Assembly (NCBI RefSeq): GCF_009914755.1
Contig: NC_060935.1
Direction: 5' to 3' (one strand)
Source of the DNA: the human T2T-CHM13v2.0 reference genome, Homo sapiens
Length of the DNA: 64,000 bases
In this document: piece after piece, positions 26,899 through 38,229 of the stretch
How positions within the stretch are numbered: the first letter of the stretch is position 1
Layout of the letters: each line of letters begins with the position of its first letter
Notes under the pieces: model-generated
The model's database searches: none
What the model saw: only the letters and a program-made list of their open reading frames with translations
Told to the model about the DNA's origin: nothing
Program-made: the position numbers and the translations under genes

Positions 26899-29737
26899 CT
26901 GCAAGAACAGCACAGCAAATTAAAGAGATACCAAGCATTGAAGAGCAGCCAGAACGGAAAGGAATACACTCATGCAAGGCTACCAGAAATGTGAGCGAAA
27001 GGCAAGTAAAAGCCGCAGAGGAGGCTGCATTAAGAAAACTCAGATAAGATAAAGAAGATGAAAACTTTATCTCCATTTTACAGGAACCCGCTGCTTGATT
27101 GCTGTTTCTTCTTTTTAGCAAATGAAGAAAGTATCTTTAATTACAAAAAATGCATAATGTCAATTTAGGCGATTAGAAAAATACTATGACCCATTCATAT
27201 ACCTCTGACTTTCAAGATTTATGTGACAATGACTAGTATGTCTTGACTGAGTGTTTTCTTGACTATAAATTCAGACGCTTCTGGTGTGTAGGCAGTGTTT
27301 TCTTGCAGGCTTTTTTATTTCTCAATTTTAGCCTTTAAGAATTTTGCTGGAACGCTGCTCAAATTGCTAATTGATCCCTGGAATCCCTTGAATTTTATTT
27401 CTATTTAAATAGTTCCTAAACACATCCTCAGGATGAAAAGGAATTCTTGAAGATCTTTTCTGCTTCAGTGAGTGAGTTGAAAATCTTTGAGGAAGATGTG
27501 AGTCACTGAATAATATTTTACGAATCAGCTCAATAGTTCCTTGTTTTTATTTTAGGATTCTTGCTTGGATAGCTATTGAATACTAGTGGCATGGAACAGG
27601 CAGGAGATAAATGGCCTGATACACGGTACAGGTTCTGGCTGAAGTATGTTTTTTTTAAATTCATGCTGAATGACTTGCTTGCACAGCAATACTCCAAATT
27701 GTTTTTTCATACATAGTTCACCTAACTTAACAGGGATGTGTTGGTTATATGCCAGAATTTGAGCTCTTATTTCTAAAATCATTTTCGCTCATCCATACTG
27801 CTTGTTAAGTTATAGATGATACACTCATCAGTCTATGAACTTATTTGTATATTACTTTAATTAAATGAAGAACATGTGACTATTTGATTTCTGAAGCTCA
27901 CTATAAATAACATCAGTTTTTTAAAAAGTGACAATAGTTATACATTTTTAGAAAGAGAAAAATAATATATAAAATTATTCTCTAACAATAAAAAAGTGCT
28001 TTGATATCATACATTCTTGCCAATTGGATAGAGTAGTTTTAAAGCATGAAACTAATGAAAACCAAAGCATGGGTTAAATTCACACAAATCATTTCTCTTT
28101 GTGTTGGTCTGTGATCAGAACTGCATTACTAATTTGGGCACATGTTTTGCAAGTGCAAAGAGGCAATAGGGAAAGAAGTGTGGATGAACCTGTGCAAATC
28201 TGTTTTCTGTTACTAAAATGAAAGTCAAGGCACATAATCAATAATAGTGCATTTCATGGAGATTATTATCTTAAGTGCCTTGAATTGGGTAAGACAGGGC
28301 TTTTTGTTGTTGTTGCGAAGTTTTACTTTTTAAATTTGTTCAATTTTTAAAGAGCAAACAAACATTTGCATATTCTGGATTGAAATGGTGTCCTATTTCT
28401 GACACTCCAAAAGCCACTACTTTTTAGTGATATTTATTATTAACAATATATTAAGATGTTTCTTTTCCCTCTCAAATTGAAAGTTTACAAATTCTCTCTG
28501 GTGGTGCTTGATGCTGTCCAGATAATGCTGAAATCAATATTTAAACTTCAGCCACTAATTCAGGAAAAATTTTCTATCATATTCCATATAGTAACTCAAA
28601 AATAAAGTTTTCATCTTTAAGATCAGTACTCTTGATCAGATTTTTAAAAATATAAATATCTTTTAAAAACTCTCCAAGTGAACAATTTGAATTATGAGGA
28701 GTATCAATACTCAGGGTTATAGAAAGAGCCCTTGAAAACAAAGTCCAGTTCAATGCAATTTTGTTTTATACAAATAAACAGCTTCTAAAAATATTGCCCA
28801 TAGCTGTTAATTTAAAACAACAAAACAAAAAAAATTAAACATGTGATACAGTTGCAAAAGACACAAAACTCTGTTCTCATTTCATTGGTGCCTACACAAT
28901 GGGGTTAGTTATTAAAGAGGAAAAATCATAATGTAGTATATTAAGACACAGGATAATTATTTTTTAGTTGCTTAGTGCAATCAGATACAGACTAAATACA
29001 TGAACAATTAGAAAATGTAAAGGCTTAATATATTTTATTTTTCACTCTATGCTATAAAGTGAAGACCTGATTTTATAATGTAGCTAATAAATCACTGATA
29101 GGCATATTATTACATATCCAAACTTTAAACATTTCAAGCAGGATCACCGCAAGTCAGAAAAAAAAATCAAAGTTAATAACAAATAAATAAATACTCATGG
29201 AATCTCAAGTAGCTTAAAATTTGCTTTTAGAGAATGCATGTTCCTTTTGACTACGAAACAGCTCCTTTACTAACAGCAAAGTGCAACCCAATTATGAGAT
29301 TTGACAAGGTCATTAAATATTTCCATGTGAAAAGGCAGAAGAAAGAACATAAAGTACATTTCTGTTTTGCTGTTCTAGAACACTTAGCTCACCCTTTCTT
29401 TCAACATGGTTTCTTGCTCTATGGAGGTATTAAGCGGCAGAGCAAGTGATGCTATGGTGGGCATCAGGACCATGTTGATAATATCACATGGTCAGAAAGG
29501 GATGGTGTTAACTGCAACAGAAGTTAGAGTGCCTGATACATTTTGCTTTTAAATGCTGACATGCAGAACAAAACGATCGAAAGTTACTTTGTAGGAGCAT
29601 TCACAGCTAGGTAACAAATAAAACTCGTATCTTGTGCATGCTAGGAGTGAAAGGCCCTCAGGAAAAGGAACAAAAGCCAAACTCAAAAGGAAAGGAAAAG
29701 AAAAGAAAAGTTACAGTGACCATTCCTGGAAACTTAC

Positions 29738-29783
29738 TCAGAGTCTTTGTTCCATAACCGTCGTCACCTAATCCGGGGATGTC
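29738..29783 (-). CDS. DLG2: DLG2 alternative HOOK exon (I2-like): DIPGLGDDGYGTKTL
   Basis: Absent from the ORF track. Acceptor ttccatgcag|GAC, donor A|gtaagt; 46 nt (phase 0-1). Resembles the DLG1 I2 insert (EIPDDMGSKGLK) and the DLG3 LSDDYYGAKNLK insert. Confidence 0.92.
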
Positions 29784-30613
29784 CTGCATGGAAGTCCCCA
29801 GAGAGAGCAATGAGAGAGGAAGAACAGCCACGGAAGAGGAAGGAAGAAGTCAGTGGAGTTGAAATGAATACTACCATGACAGACCGTGCTGCCTTAACAA
29901 TCTGGATCCCATTCTCTCTTCTTTTAAAAAAACTTTCACCCCAAACTCCTTGAGCTGAGATTCAAGAAGGAAATTTCTGATTTGCAGAGCAACTCAAGGT
30001 TTAAACAAAAGATTGTAAGAAAAAAAAATTCAGCAAATGCCAATTTTTTGACCATGGTCAATCACGTTGCCACAGAAATGTCCCACTTAAGGAATAAACT
30101 TCTCCAAATTTCATAGCAAATTCTAAATGATATCCACCATTACAAGCTCAGTGCTCAGAAAGTGTTTAGTGTTTTGGGGGAGGGAAAGAGTGAGCAAATG
30201 TGCTAGTTTATCTTTAAATCAATAAAGATAATTTAATTGTTCCTAACATTCCAAAAAACATATGTGGCAATGGAATCCAATATTTCTTCTCAGAAAATAA
30301 TTTGTCTCAAGACTTAGAGGGTTGCATGATAGAAAAGGCAAACCGGACCCAGTCCTGGTCAAAGATAAATGTTGGTTGGGTGCAAGTCCCAGTTTTGGCA
30401 AGTCTCTCTCCAATGCCTTCTGCAAAGAAGAGCCATGTGAAAGGAGGGATCCAGACTGTAGTCAGACGCTGGTCACAGTAGTAGACCTGCCCTGCCTGCC
30501 TGCTGTGTTGTTTGCCTAGGTGTGTGGCGTGGGAGAGCCTACATCCTGCGTGTTGCCTGTGAATTTTTTTTCTCTTATGTTGCATGTGACATTATCTTTC
30601 AGAATCTACTTAC

Positions 30614-30713
30614 GTTCAGGATCACTGGTTTCCTGCTCACTCTGCTCCTTGTTCTTGTAGAATGGGAATTTTCGTGAAAAGATGAAGCTCTTTTTACGCT
30701 TGTCATTGAATGA
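30614..30713 (-). CDS. DLG2: DLG2 alternative HOOK exon (I3-like): SFNDKRKKSFIFSRKFPFYKNKEQSEQETSDPE
   Basis: Acceptor ccttttctccttcacag|TCA, donor C|gtaagt; 100 nt (phase 0-1). Homologous to the protein 4.1-binding I3 insert of DLG1. Confidence 0.96.
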
Positions 30714-30964
30714 CTGTGAAGGAGAAAAGGCATGGGGCAAAAACAGGGGACGTCTAATTGTTGTCACACTCATGCTGACAAAACAACTAGTTTGTAAAAG
30801 CACAGAGAGCTGTAGTGACGCAAGTGGATAATTCTAAAGTGGTGCCAGAGAGTTCTAAAGGTCGATTTTATTTTCAAGGAGTATAAATTCTGAATGGTGG
30901 CACCTTGGAAAAATTGTCTCCTAAGCAAAAGACTGGTTACAGATAAATGGTGATGGAGGGAAAG

Positions 30965-31155
30965 AGTCTTAAATTAGAAGGAGAAGACCCAGAATTTTTT
31001 GTGCTGGCTCTACGTCTTGCTAGTTCATCACCTTAGAAAGGGAATTGAATGTCTCTGAACCTCAGTATGTTCATCTGCAAAATGAGGACAATGATAGCAG
31101 CTCTTACGTTGTGAGACTCACAAAAGACAATGTAAACATAAAGTGCTATACAAAT
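30965..31155 (+). mobile_element. MIR SINE
   Basis: tctctgaacctcagtatgttcatctgcaaaatgaggacaatgatag MIR core. Confidence 0.65.
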
Positions 31156-32704
31156 GTCTTATCACCATCAGGTAGAAAACGCTTTATTGGAGAAACTGGT
31201 TTTCTTCTTAGTGTCTTGATGTCTTTTAAAATAATTTGAATTTGAGTTACTTCTGTTTAGTTTTAATTAAATTAAAACTGCACAAAGAAGTATGTAGATT
31301 TATGGTATAATTACAGACTGACACATGAATATATAATCATTAGAATACAACATTTTTATTCAAAAGAGATTTTTAACAATAATTAACAATAATTTAGCCC
31401 CAAGCCCTCATTTTATAGACAGGGAGCCAGAGGCACAGAGAAGTTGTGTCCTATACTGCTATCACAGAGCTAGTTGGTGACAGCCATGAGGCAATCAACC
31501 AAAATCTGTTAAAATTGCTGCTAAAGGGGTATTAACTTGATATTAACTTAACTTATCAAAGGAAAAATGGCAGTCACTCTAGATTCTGATCAGGTAAAAA
31601 AAAGTAAGAATGACTGTCTTTAAAAATTTTAACTAAACTATTCCATTAGCTTAAATGAGGCTGAATTAAAAATAACACATAGATACATAATACGATACAG
31701 GCATTAGAATTTATTCATTCAAGTGGATATCATGTGCTTACCTAGAAGACTCCCTAAGGAAATTCCATTAATTCCACTGCTGCTGTTCTTATGCAAATGT
31801 TTTGTGGGGTTTCTCTTTGGGAAATGTGTTGACAGTCATTTTATAAGTTATTGGCCATGCAGGTCTTACTAATTTCATATTCATATATCATTAAAAAATA
31901 TGTTTCATCAGATTGACTACTACCCTTGTTTGGCTGATTTGGCTCTGAGGGTCTTTCAGCTGCTGAAAAAATTAAAATCACTCCCCAAGGATCAAGATTT
32001 GTTACCACACGGCTATTGAAATGAAGGTGCCAAAGACTCTGAAGGCAATTTGAAAACAGGTATTCAAAAACATTTTTGGCAATGGAAGCTGTTAAGAATA
32101 AATGTAGAGCAGCAAGGTGACCCTTAGAAGGAAAGGACACCTGTTTGGATGTGCGCTTTTGTCCCATTGCTGGGAATGAGTCCTGTGCCCTTATGGATTT
32201 GAAGCTTGACAAAATGGTATAAATAACTTATCTTCTTTGTATACTCATACATTCCCATATCAAATATCCATTTTGGTAACCATGTTCATTTAGGAAACAT
32301 TAAAGTACTGAAATGTTGGTGCTGTCACTCGGTAAGTAATTCATTACTTTTTTAGGTAGTAGAAACTTTCAGCAAAGTAGTAGAGCTCAATTGTATGCCC
32401 ATTAATAAGGTTTTATGAAAAATAATGAACCAAATAATTAATAATTTCTGAAATTAGGGGACATATACTTTACATTCAAGTACTAAAATTACATTCTCAG
32501 AGGGAAAAGAGGTATCACTTCAGAATTTATTACTCTGCTGACAGCACCTATGTTCAATATAGTTTTATCATCAATTGTAATTTAGGGTTGGTGTCCAAAA
32601 ACAAGGTTGAGAACTGCCCCCAAATTTTCCTAGTTAAAAATGATAGTCCTTAAAAGAATACTAAATATTCTTGCATCACTCCAGTTTCATGCCACTTTTA
32701 CATT

Positions 32705-32728
32705 TCAAGCATATTTAAACTCCAGTAA
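32705..32728 (-). other. Candidate alternative terminal exon, coding part LLEFKYA* (hypothetical)
   Basis: Strong acceptor atttttttcttttattttcag|TTA; phase-0 reading gives 7 codons then TGA. AATAAA at 32526-32531; three upstream UGCAUG motifs. No transcript evidence available here. Confidence 0.4.
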
Positions 32729-33794
32729 CTGAAAATAAAAGAAAAAAATCATGTAAGAATTAATGGCATGTGATACTGCAAGGTATGTTAGACATTTAAC
32801 TTCAACATCACCAATGACTTGTCATGCAAAAAAAAAAAAATTACACATTTTCATGCAAATACAAAACAATGCCAAGAGGAGTAAAGCCTGGGGTGAAAAT
32901 GTAGACAGAGAGGGACAATGCAGAAGGCTTTGAGGGCCCAAAATGGGGCTGCATGCAAGCCACATCATTTAAATGGTCTCAAGGGTCAAAGGAATATGAA
33001 AATGTGTTATCTGTGATTAATTCTTTTATGTTTCAAAGCAAGGACTATAATGTGTTAACATTTCCCAAGTATGAAAATGTTGTGTATCATGAATCATCTG
33101 ATTGGGACATAATACTACTAAGCATCACACTTTACAAAAGAACAGAAAATACACAATAATACTTTAAGAATAAAAGTATCTAACATGTCAGTCTTATTAG
33201 CAAAAGCCATTTCAGATTGGAATTAAAGAGAAGGGAATGGAAGTATTGGTGGTTACATTTCCTTACATTTGTGGACAAAAAAACCAAATCACAATTTCAG
33301 TTCACATTCACAGACTTAAAAGTCACATGTTTAGGATCTTAGCTAAACATTTCAACTATAAGAGAGACTATATGTGGTTTATAATGCTTTAACAGTATTC
33401 TTTATTTTTTATTAGACATGTGTAATACCATTATATAAGCTTTTTTGCTGCTGTAATTTTTTTCTTTTAATATAGAAAATGAAAATCTGTTACACGAGTG
33501 CTAGGTGAGAATAATAAATTAGCAATTCTGCTATTTGTAGAACACATTGTTCTGAAGCAACTGATGGCTGATTTACAGCCCTATTCTCAATTATACTTGA
33601 TCAATGATATTCTTTGTCTCTCTAGTGACAGTATCTTAGCTCTAGATCCATTGCTTTCATAGCAGGAAACATCTTTAAATAGACACTTTGAAAATACCAA
33701 TCAAATGTGGCATGGGGCAAGCTGGCAAATCTAAGAATTCTATTTTGGAATTTGACCTAAAATGTTGAGTTCTAACTATTAAAGATGATAAAAC

Positions 33795-33995
33795 AATAAC
33801 TAACATTTATTGAGCACTTATGTGCCACATTTGGTTCCAAAAGCTCTACATGAGTTAATCTCCATGCTAACTTCATGAAGTTAGTACCATCATTATTCCC
33901 ATATTACAGAAGAGGAATCTGAAGTGTATAAATCTTCTATTACTTGCCCCAGAGTCACACAATTGGTGAGCAGAGAAGTCAGAAATTGAATTTGC
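33795..33995 (-). mobile_element. MIR SINE
   Basis: taacatttattgagcacttatgtgcca...attattcccatattacagaagaggaatctgaag reverse-complement MIR. Confidence 0.7.
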
Positions 33996-34364
33996 AAATA
34001 TTCCTGGTTGCAAATATCACTGTTTTTAAGAGCATGACAAGTTTCTGCAACTTAAGCCTGCTTCAAGTTTATATTTAAAATTATTAGTGCTTGACTCTCT
34101 TAAGTGATATCACAGTGTGTTCTTCCCACAGCTTGATGCTTGAAGATTATTTATTTAAATCATCAGATGCTATTGGATTCAACAACATCATTTTGGTTAT
34201 CCTGTTACAATTTTTGTGATAGTCATTCATATTTTTTGGACTTTCTTCAATTTTTCTTTTTATGATAATGTAAAAAAGGAAAGAATTTAAGTGTGACAGG
34301 CCATGAACGGCAATTAAAAGGTAATTGCCCATTAACTGGCAAATCTGTGGAAACAAAGGTAAAT

Positions 34365-34565
34365 TGTGGTTGCTTACAGCTGGGGATAGTGGGCACAGAG
34401 ATTGGGAAGTGGCAGCCAAGGTTTTTTTTAGGGGAGATAAAATGTTTGTTATACAATTAGATTGCAGTGATGGTGGCATAACTCTATGAATATACTAGAA
34501 AACATTGAGTTGTATACTGTGAGTGAATTGTATACTATGTGAATTATATCTCAATAAAGCCATTT
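34365..34565 (+). mobile_element. Old L1 (L1MB/ME-like) 3' end
   Basis: Ends with tgaattgtatactatgtgaattatatctcaataaagc, a typical L1M 3' terminus. Confidence 0.7.
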
Positions 34566-35329
34566 CTTTTTAAAAAAGGACCCTCTCCCCAGTCTCATAG
34601 TATGGACTGAGAAGAAACAATTGTAGCCGGTTTCTAATTTTATTTGGTGTAAATAATTTTTATCTTTAATTGAATGAGAGTAAACCACTCATTCCAACCC
34701 TTGCAATCAATTAGATCTACATGTCTTTTGTTTATCTGATTTTGTTTTGTCTCTGTTAAATGAATACCTTTCATGTTGTGACAGACATTAGAACACCCAT
34801 ACTAGGAGTCACTATTACTCAGAAGTCTCCAGGTTGTTAGGTCAAATGGCATGAAATTGCCCAGCCTGACTCTGAGATGTAATGGCATTGGTGAACTGGC
34901 TTAAGATAAAATACATGCTTCATGAAAGAAGGAAACAAAACAAAAAACTCAAATTATTTTCCTACTCAAATCTCATGTTTTTAAACACACATGAGTGAAT
35001 CTTGACATATTTTATCTTTCTCATCCAGAAAACCTTAAAACTAGGGACATGTTTTACTTTTTCTCCTCATCTTCCTGTTCTTATTTCTCAAGCTTTAAAA
35101 AAGTTTCATAGTTCTAAAATGTCATCTTAGTAATACAGGTGTTCTCTGGGCAGAATTTAGGTTTAAATTTATACTGAGCTCAGATACGTCTTTTCTGTGA
35201 CCCCCTTATTGTTTTATACATGCTATTTTCCTCTCCTTGTTTCTCCTCTAAAATAATTGTGTTCCCCTGGGAAAGTTGTTACTGTACATTTGGGCCACTA
35301 CTTTGTATTATACAAATCTTATTTTCACA

Positions 35330-37510
35330 CACATAAAAAGAGAACTTTGAAAACAAGTGAGGTAAAAGAACAAGTAATAATGTAACAAAGAGGGGTTAAG
35401 GGAAAGATAAGAGTTGGCTTGAGATATATCTGCTTACAGAAATGTGTCTATGTGAATGCACGTATACATGTGTGTCTATAACATTGCCTAATTAAAAAAA
35501 GATTACTTCTGCAAACCTAATGAACTAATGGATGTAGGCATTGAGTATCAGTAGCTGCTACAATCACAAAGAGACAGTCAGATGTTTCACGACTTCTGAT
35601 AAAAGAATAAAATATTACAAGGTAGTCTTGAAAACCTCTATTTACTCCCAAAACAAAACTCCCTCAAATGAATCAGAATCTAACCAAACCTCTGGATTGA
35701 ACTACCAGTTTACAGCAACAAAGAGGACAGAGAAACATGGTAATTCCTACTATAAAAATGCAATCAATCAGCAAAATCCAAAATGTGGGAAGCTCTACAA
35801 GACAAACTATCTGATTTCATCTATATAAAATTGCAAGAAACCAATAAAAAATGGCAGGAAAACACATAGATCAGAAGAAACTTTGAGAAGGATCAACCAG
35901 TTACAATGTATAGACTTCATTTTGATCTTGATTCAAACAAACAAATTATAAAACAAAACAAAGCAACAATTACAACAACCAAACCCATTTGTGATACTTA
36001 TGAGCCAATTTGGCCCTGAAAAAATACTGGATACTTGTTGATCCACTAATTGTCAATTTTTATGTGTAATAACGGCATTATGGTCATGCCATATTGCAAT
36101 ATTAAGAGCTGAAAAAATCTGATGCATTGGATTGCTTCAAATTAATATGGGAGGGATGTAGTACTTATGTACCCCCTGAGTATATTGTGAAGGTAGATCT
36201 GTAAAGAAGCCTCGAACTTCACTTAACAGGTTTATTGCTGGTTGTGATACAGGGATGACAATTCTGAAACCATTTGGTGTGTGCTGTAGGGTTGAGTAAA
36301 TGAGTAAACACATGGATGTTGTTGGGAACCAGGGTTGTCACTGTGAAAGAAAGGTGAGATACAAACGTGGTACGGAGGAAGGAGAGGAAGACTCTTAAGA
36401 TGGTGACCAGTAATTAGAGGCATGAGATGATATAAACTTAGGATTTTCTAAAAAGTTTTATTTCTTCTCTATCCATTAAAGGAGCTTAGATGTAATGAAA
36501 CCCTAACAGCAAAATGCACATTCACTACTCAGATTTTGTCTTCTGGATGCCATTTTCCACAAAAGAACCTAGAATGTTTTAGAGAAATGCCTCATTCCAA
36601 GGCTGGAGCAGAGAAAGTATAAGGTGAGTCTGAAACATTTCGTGGGGCTAGAAAGTAAGCAGTATTAAATATAAACATGACACCAAACACAAAACAAATA
36701 AACAAAACCTAAAATGAATGGTAGCATATGAAAAGACACAAACAAAACCTGGATAATTTGAATATTAAAATGAATAACGACAGTAATAAAGTATAACACA
36801 TTCAATTAAAAAAATTTGAGTTCACTCTGATTACCAAAAATACATAAATGATGTAACTAAAAATGGGATAAAAGAAAAGCTCTTCTTTAGAGTATGACTA
36901 ATAATTATAGAAGGAAGGATAAAGTCAGGAAATCACCATTTTGTAATCATCACTATAATAGTCAAGTTAGGGAAGAATCATCTGTGGATGCCTAAAGCAT
37001 TGGTTGAAAGTTTGTTGGGGAATAGGATATTTATCTCTTCCCAGATTATTTAATTATTAAAAAGAGGGGAAAAGATACCTTTATAGTGGAGAAATCTGGT
37101 AAATATCACCTTAATCAAGTGATCAAAATTAGCATCGCCAAATTGTGGGACAACATGACACCATGGGCCTCCTGATGGAAAACACTGAGAAGTACACAAC
37201 ATCACTTCTGTAGTATTTCTGCCAAATATGTCAATGTCATGAAAACTATAAAATATGTCAATGTCATGAAAACCATAAAAACTAAGGAATCATTCTAGAT
37301 TAAAGGAGATAAGGAAATAGGACCAACAGAATGCAATGTGTAGTCCTGAGTCAGAAAAATAAAAAGTCATATTTTCTACAACTTTCTCTCAATTCAGCGG
37401 ATTATACCAACATGAGTTGGTAATTGTTGAAGCTTAGTAACAGGTAAAATATATTCATAATTCTACTTTTTCTACTTTTTATATGTTTAAAAATTTTCAT
37501 AATAAGGATA
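35330..37510 (+). mobile_element. Old L1 (L1MC-like) 3' region fragments
   Basis: L1MC-type motifs (ctaatgaactaatggatgtaggcattgagtatca; tacctttatagtggagaaatctggtaaatatcaccttaatcaagtgatcaaa). Boundaries approximate. Confidence 0.6.
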
Positions 37511-38229
37511 AGAAAAAAGATGAATTGTAAAGCACTTAATGCAATGCCTTAAAAATACTTAATAAAAGTAGCTAATAGCAGGAAAAATGTTTGTTTCCTT
37601 TTTATAGTTTTTTTTCTGTTTTTTTTTTTTTGTTACTACTTCAAATCTAACACCAGGAATAAAAACAATTCCAACTCGCATGAAGCACAAGGGGCTACTT
37701 GTACCTAGAAATAAGAAAAAGAAGCAGATCAGAAAAGTAGGGAAAAATCAAATCCCAACGACTATCACTTGTAGCCTAGTGAAGGCTGAGAACTGGGTTC
37801 ATTATTTATGAAACTGTGGGAGCTAATCCTCTTTTGATCTCAAAAAATGAAATTCAATTTAGAGTTCTTTGCTTAGGAAGAAATCAAAATCACAAGATGC
37901 CAATCATTCTAATTAAGTTCTGTGAAATGGAATCCCAGATGAAACCTGTTTTATTTTTCCCCCATTTATGTTATTTCTAAGACTGATCATGCTAAATAAA
38001 AGCACATCACTCAGTCAGCAGTCTAAGTTGGGGAGGCTCAATTCCAGTAAAAAGCTCAGGTAACCAAAGGGCATAGAGACCAAGCCCAGTATAGCTAAGG
38101 AGTAGCTGAAATTATATGCTGGATTTTACGATGACTCTAATGCATATAGTAAGTAGGATGTTTTCCTTAACGTTGAGGCCCAAGACATCTACAGCATCAC
38201 TTTGTCTGAGATGTCATACTTATTTCTCC

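Noticed and set aside
26726-27121. 131-aa ORF in frame with the I5-like exon
   Set aside because: Only 26857-26898 has DLG homology and is bounded by canonical splice sites. The rest is low-complexity intronic read-through with a non-ATG start.
37224-37280. 27-bp tandem duplication aaatatgtcaatgtcatgaaaac(t/c)ata
   Set aside because: Two adjacent copies inside a decayed L1 with no spacer; ordinary slippage, not an array.
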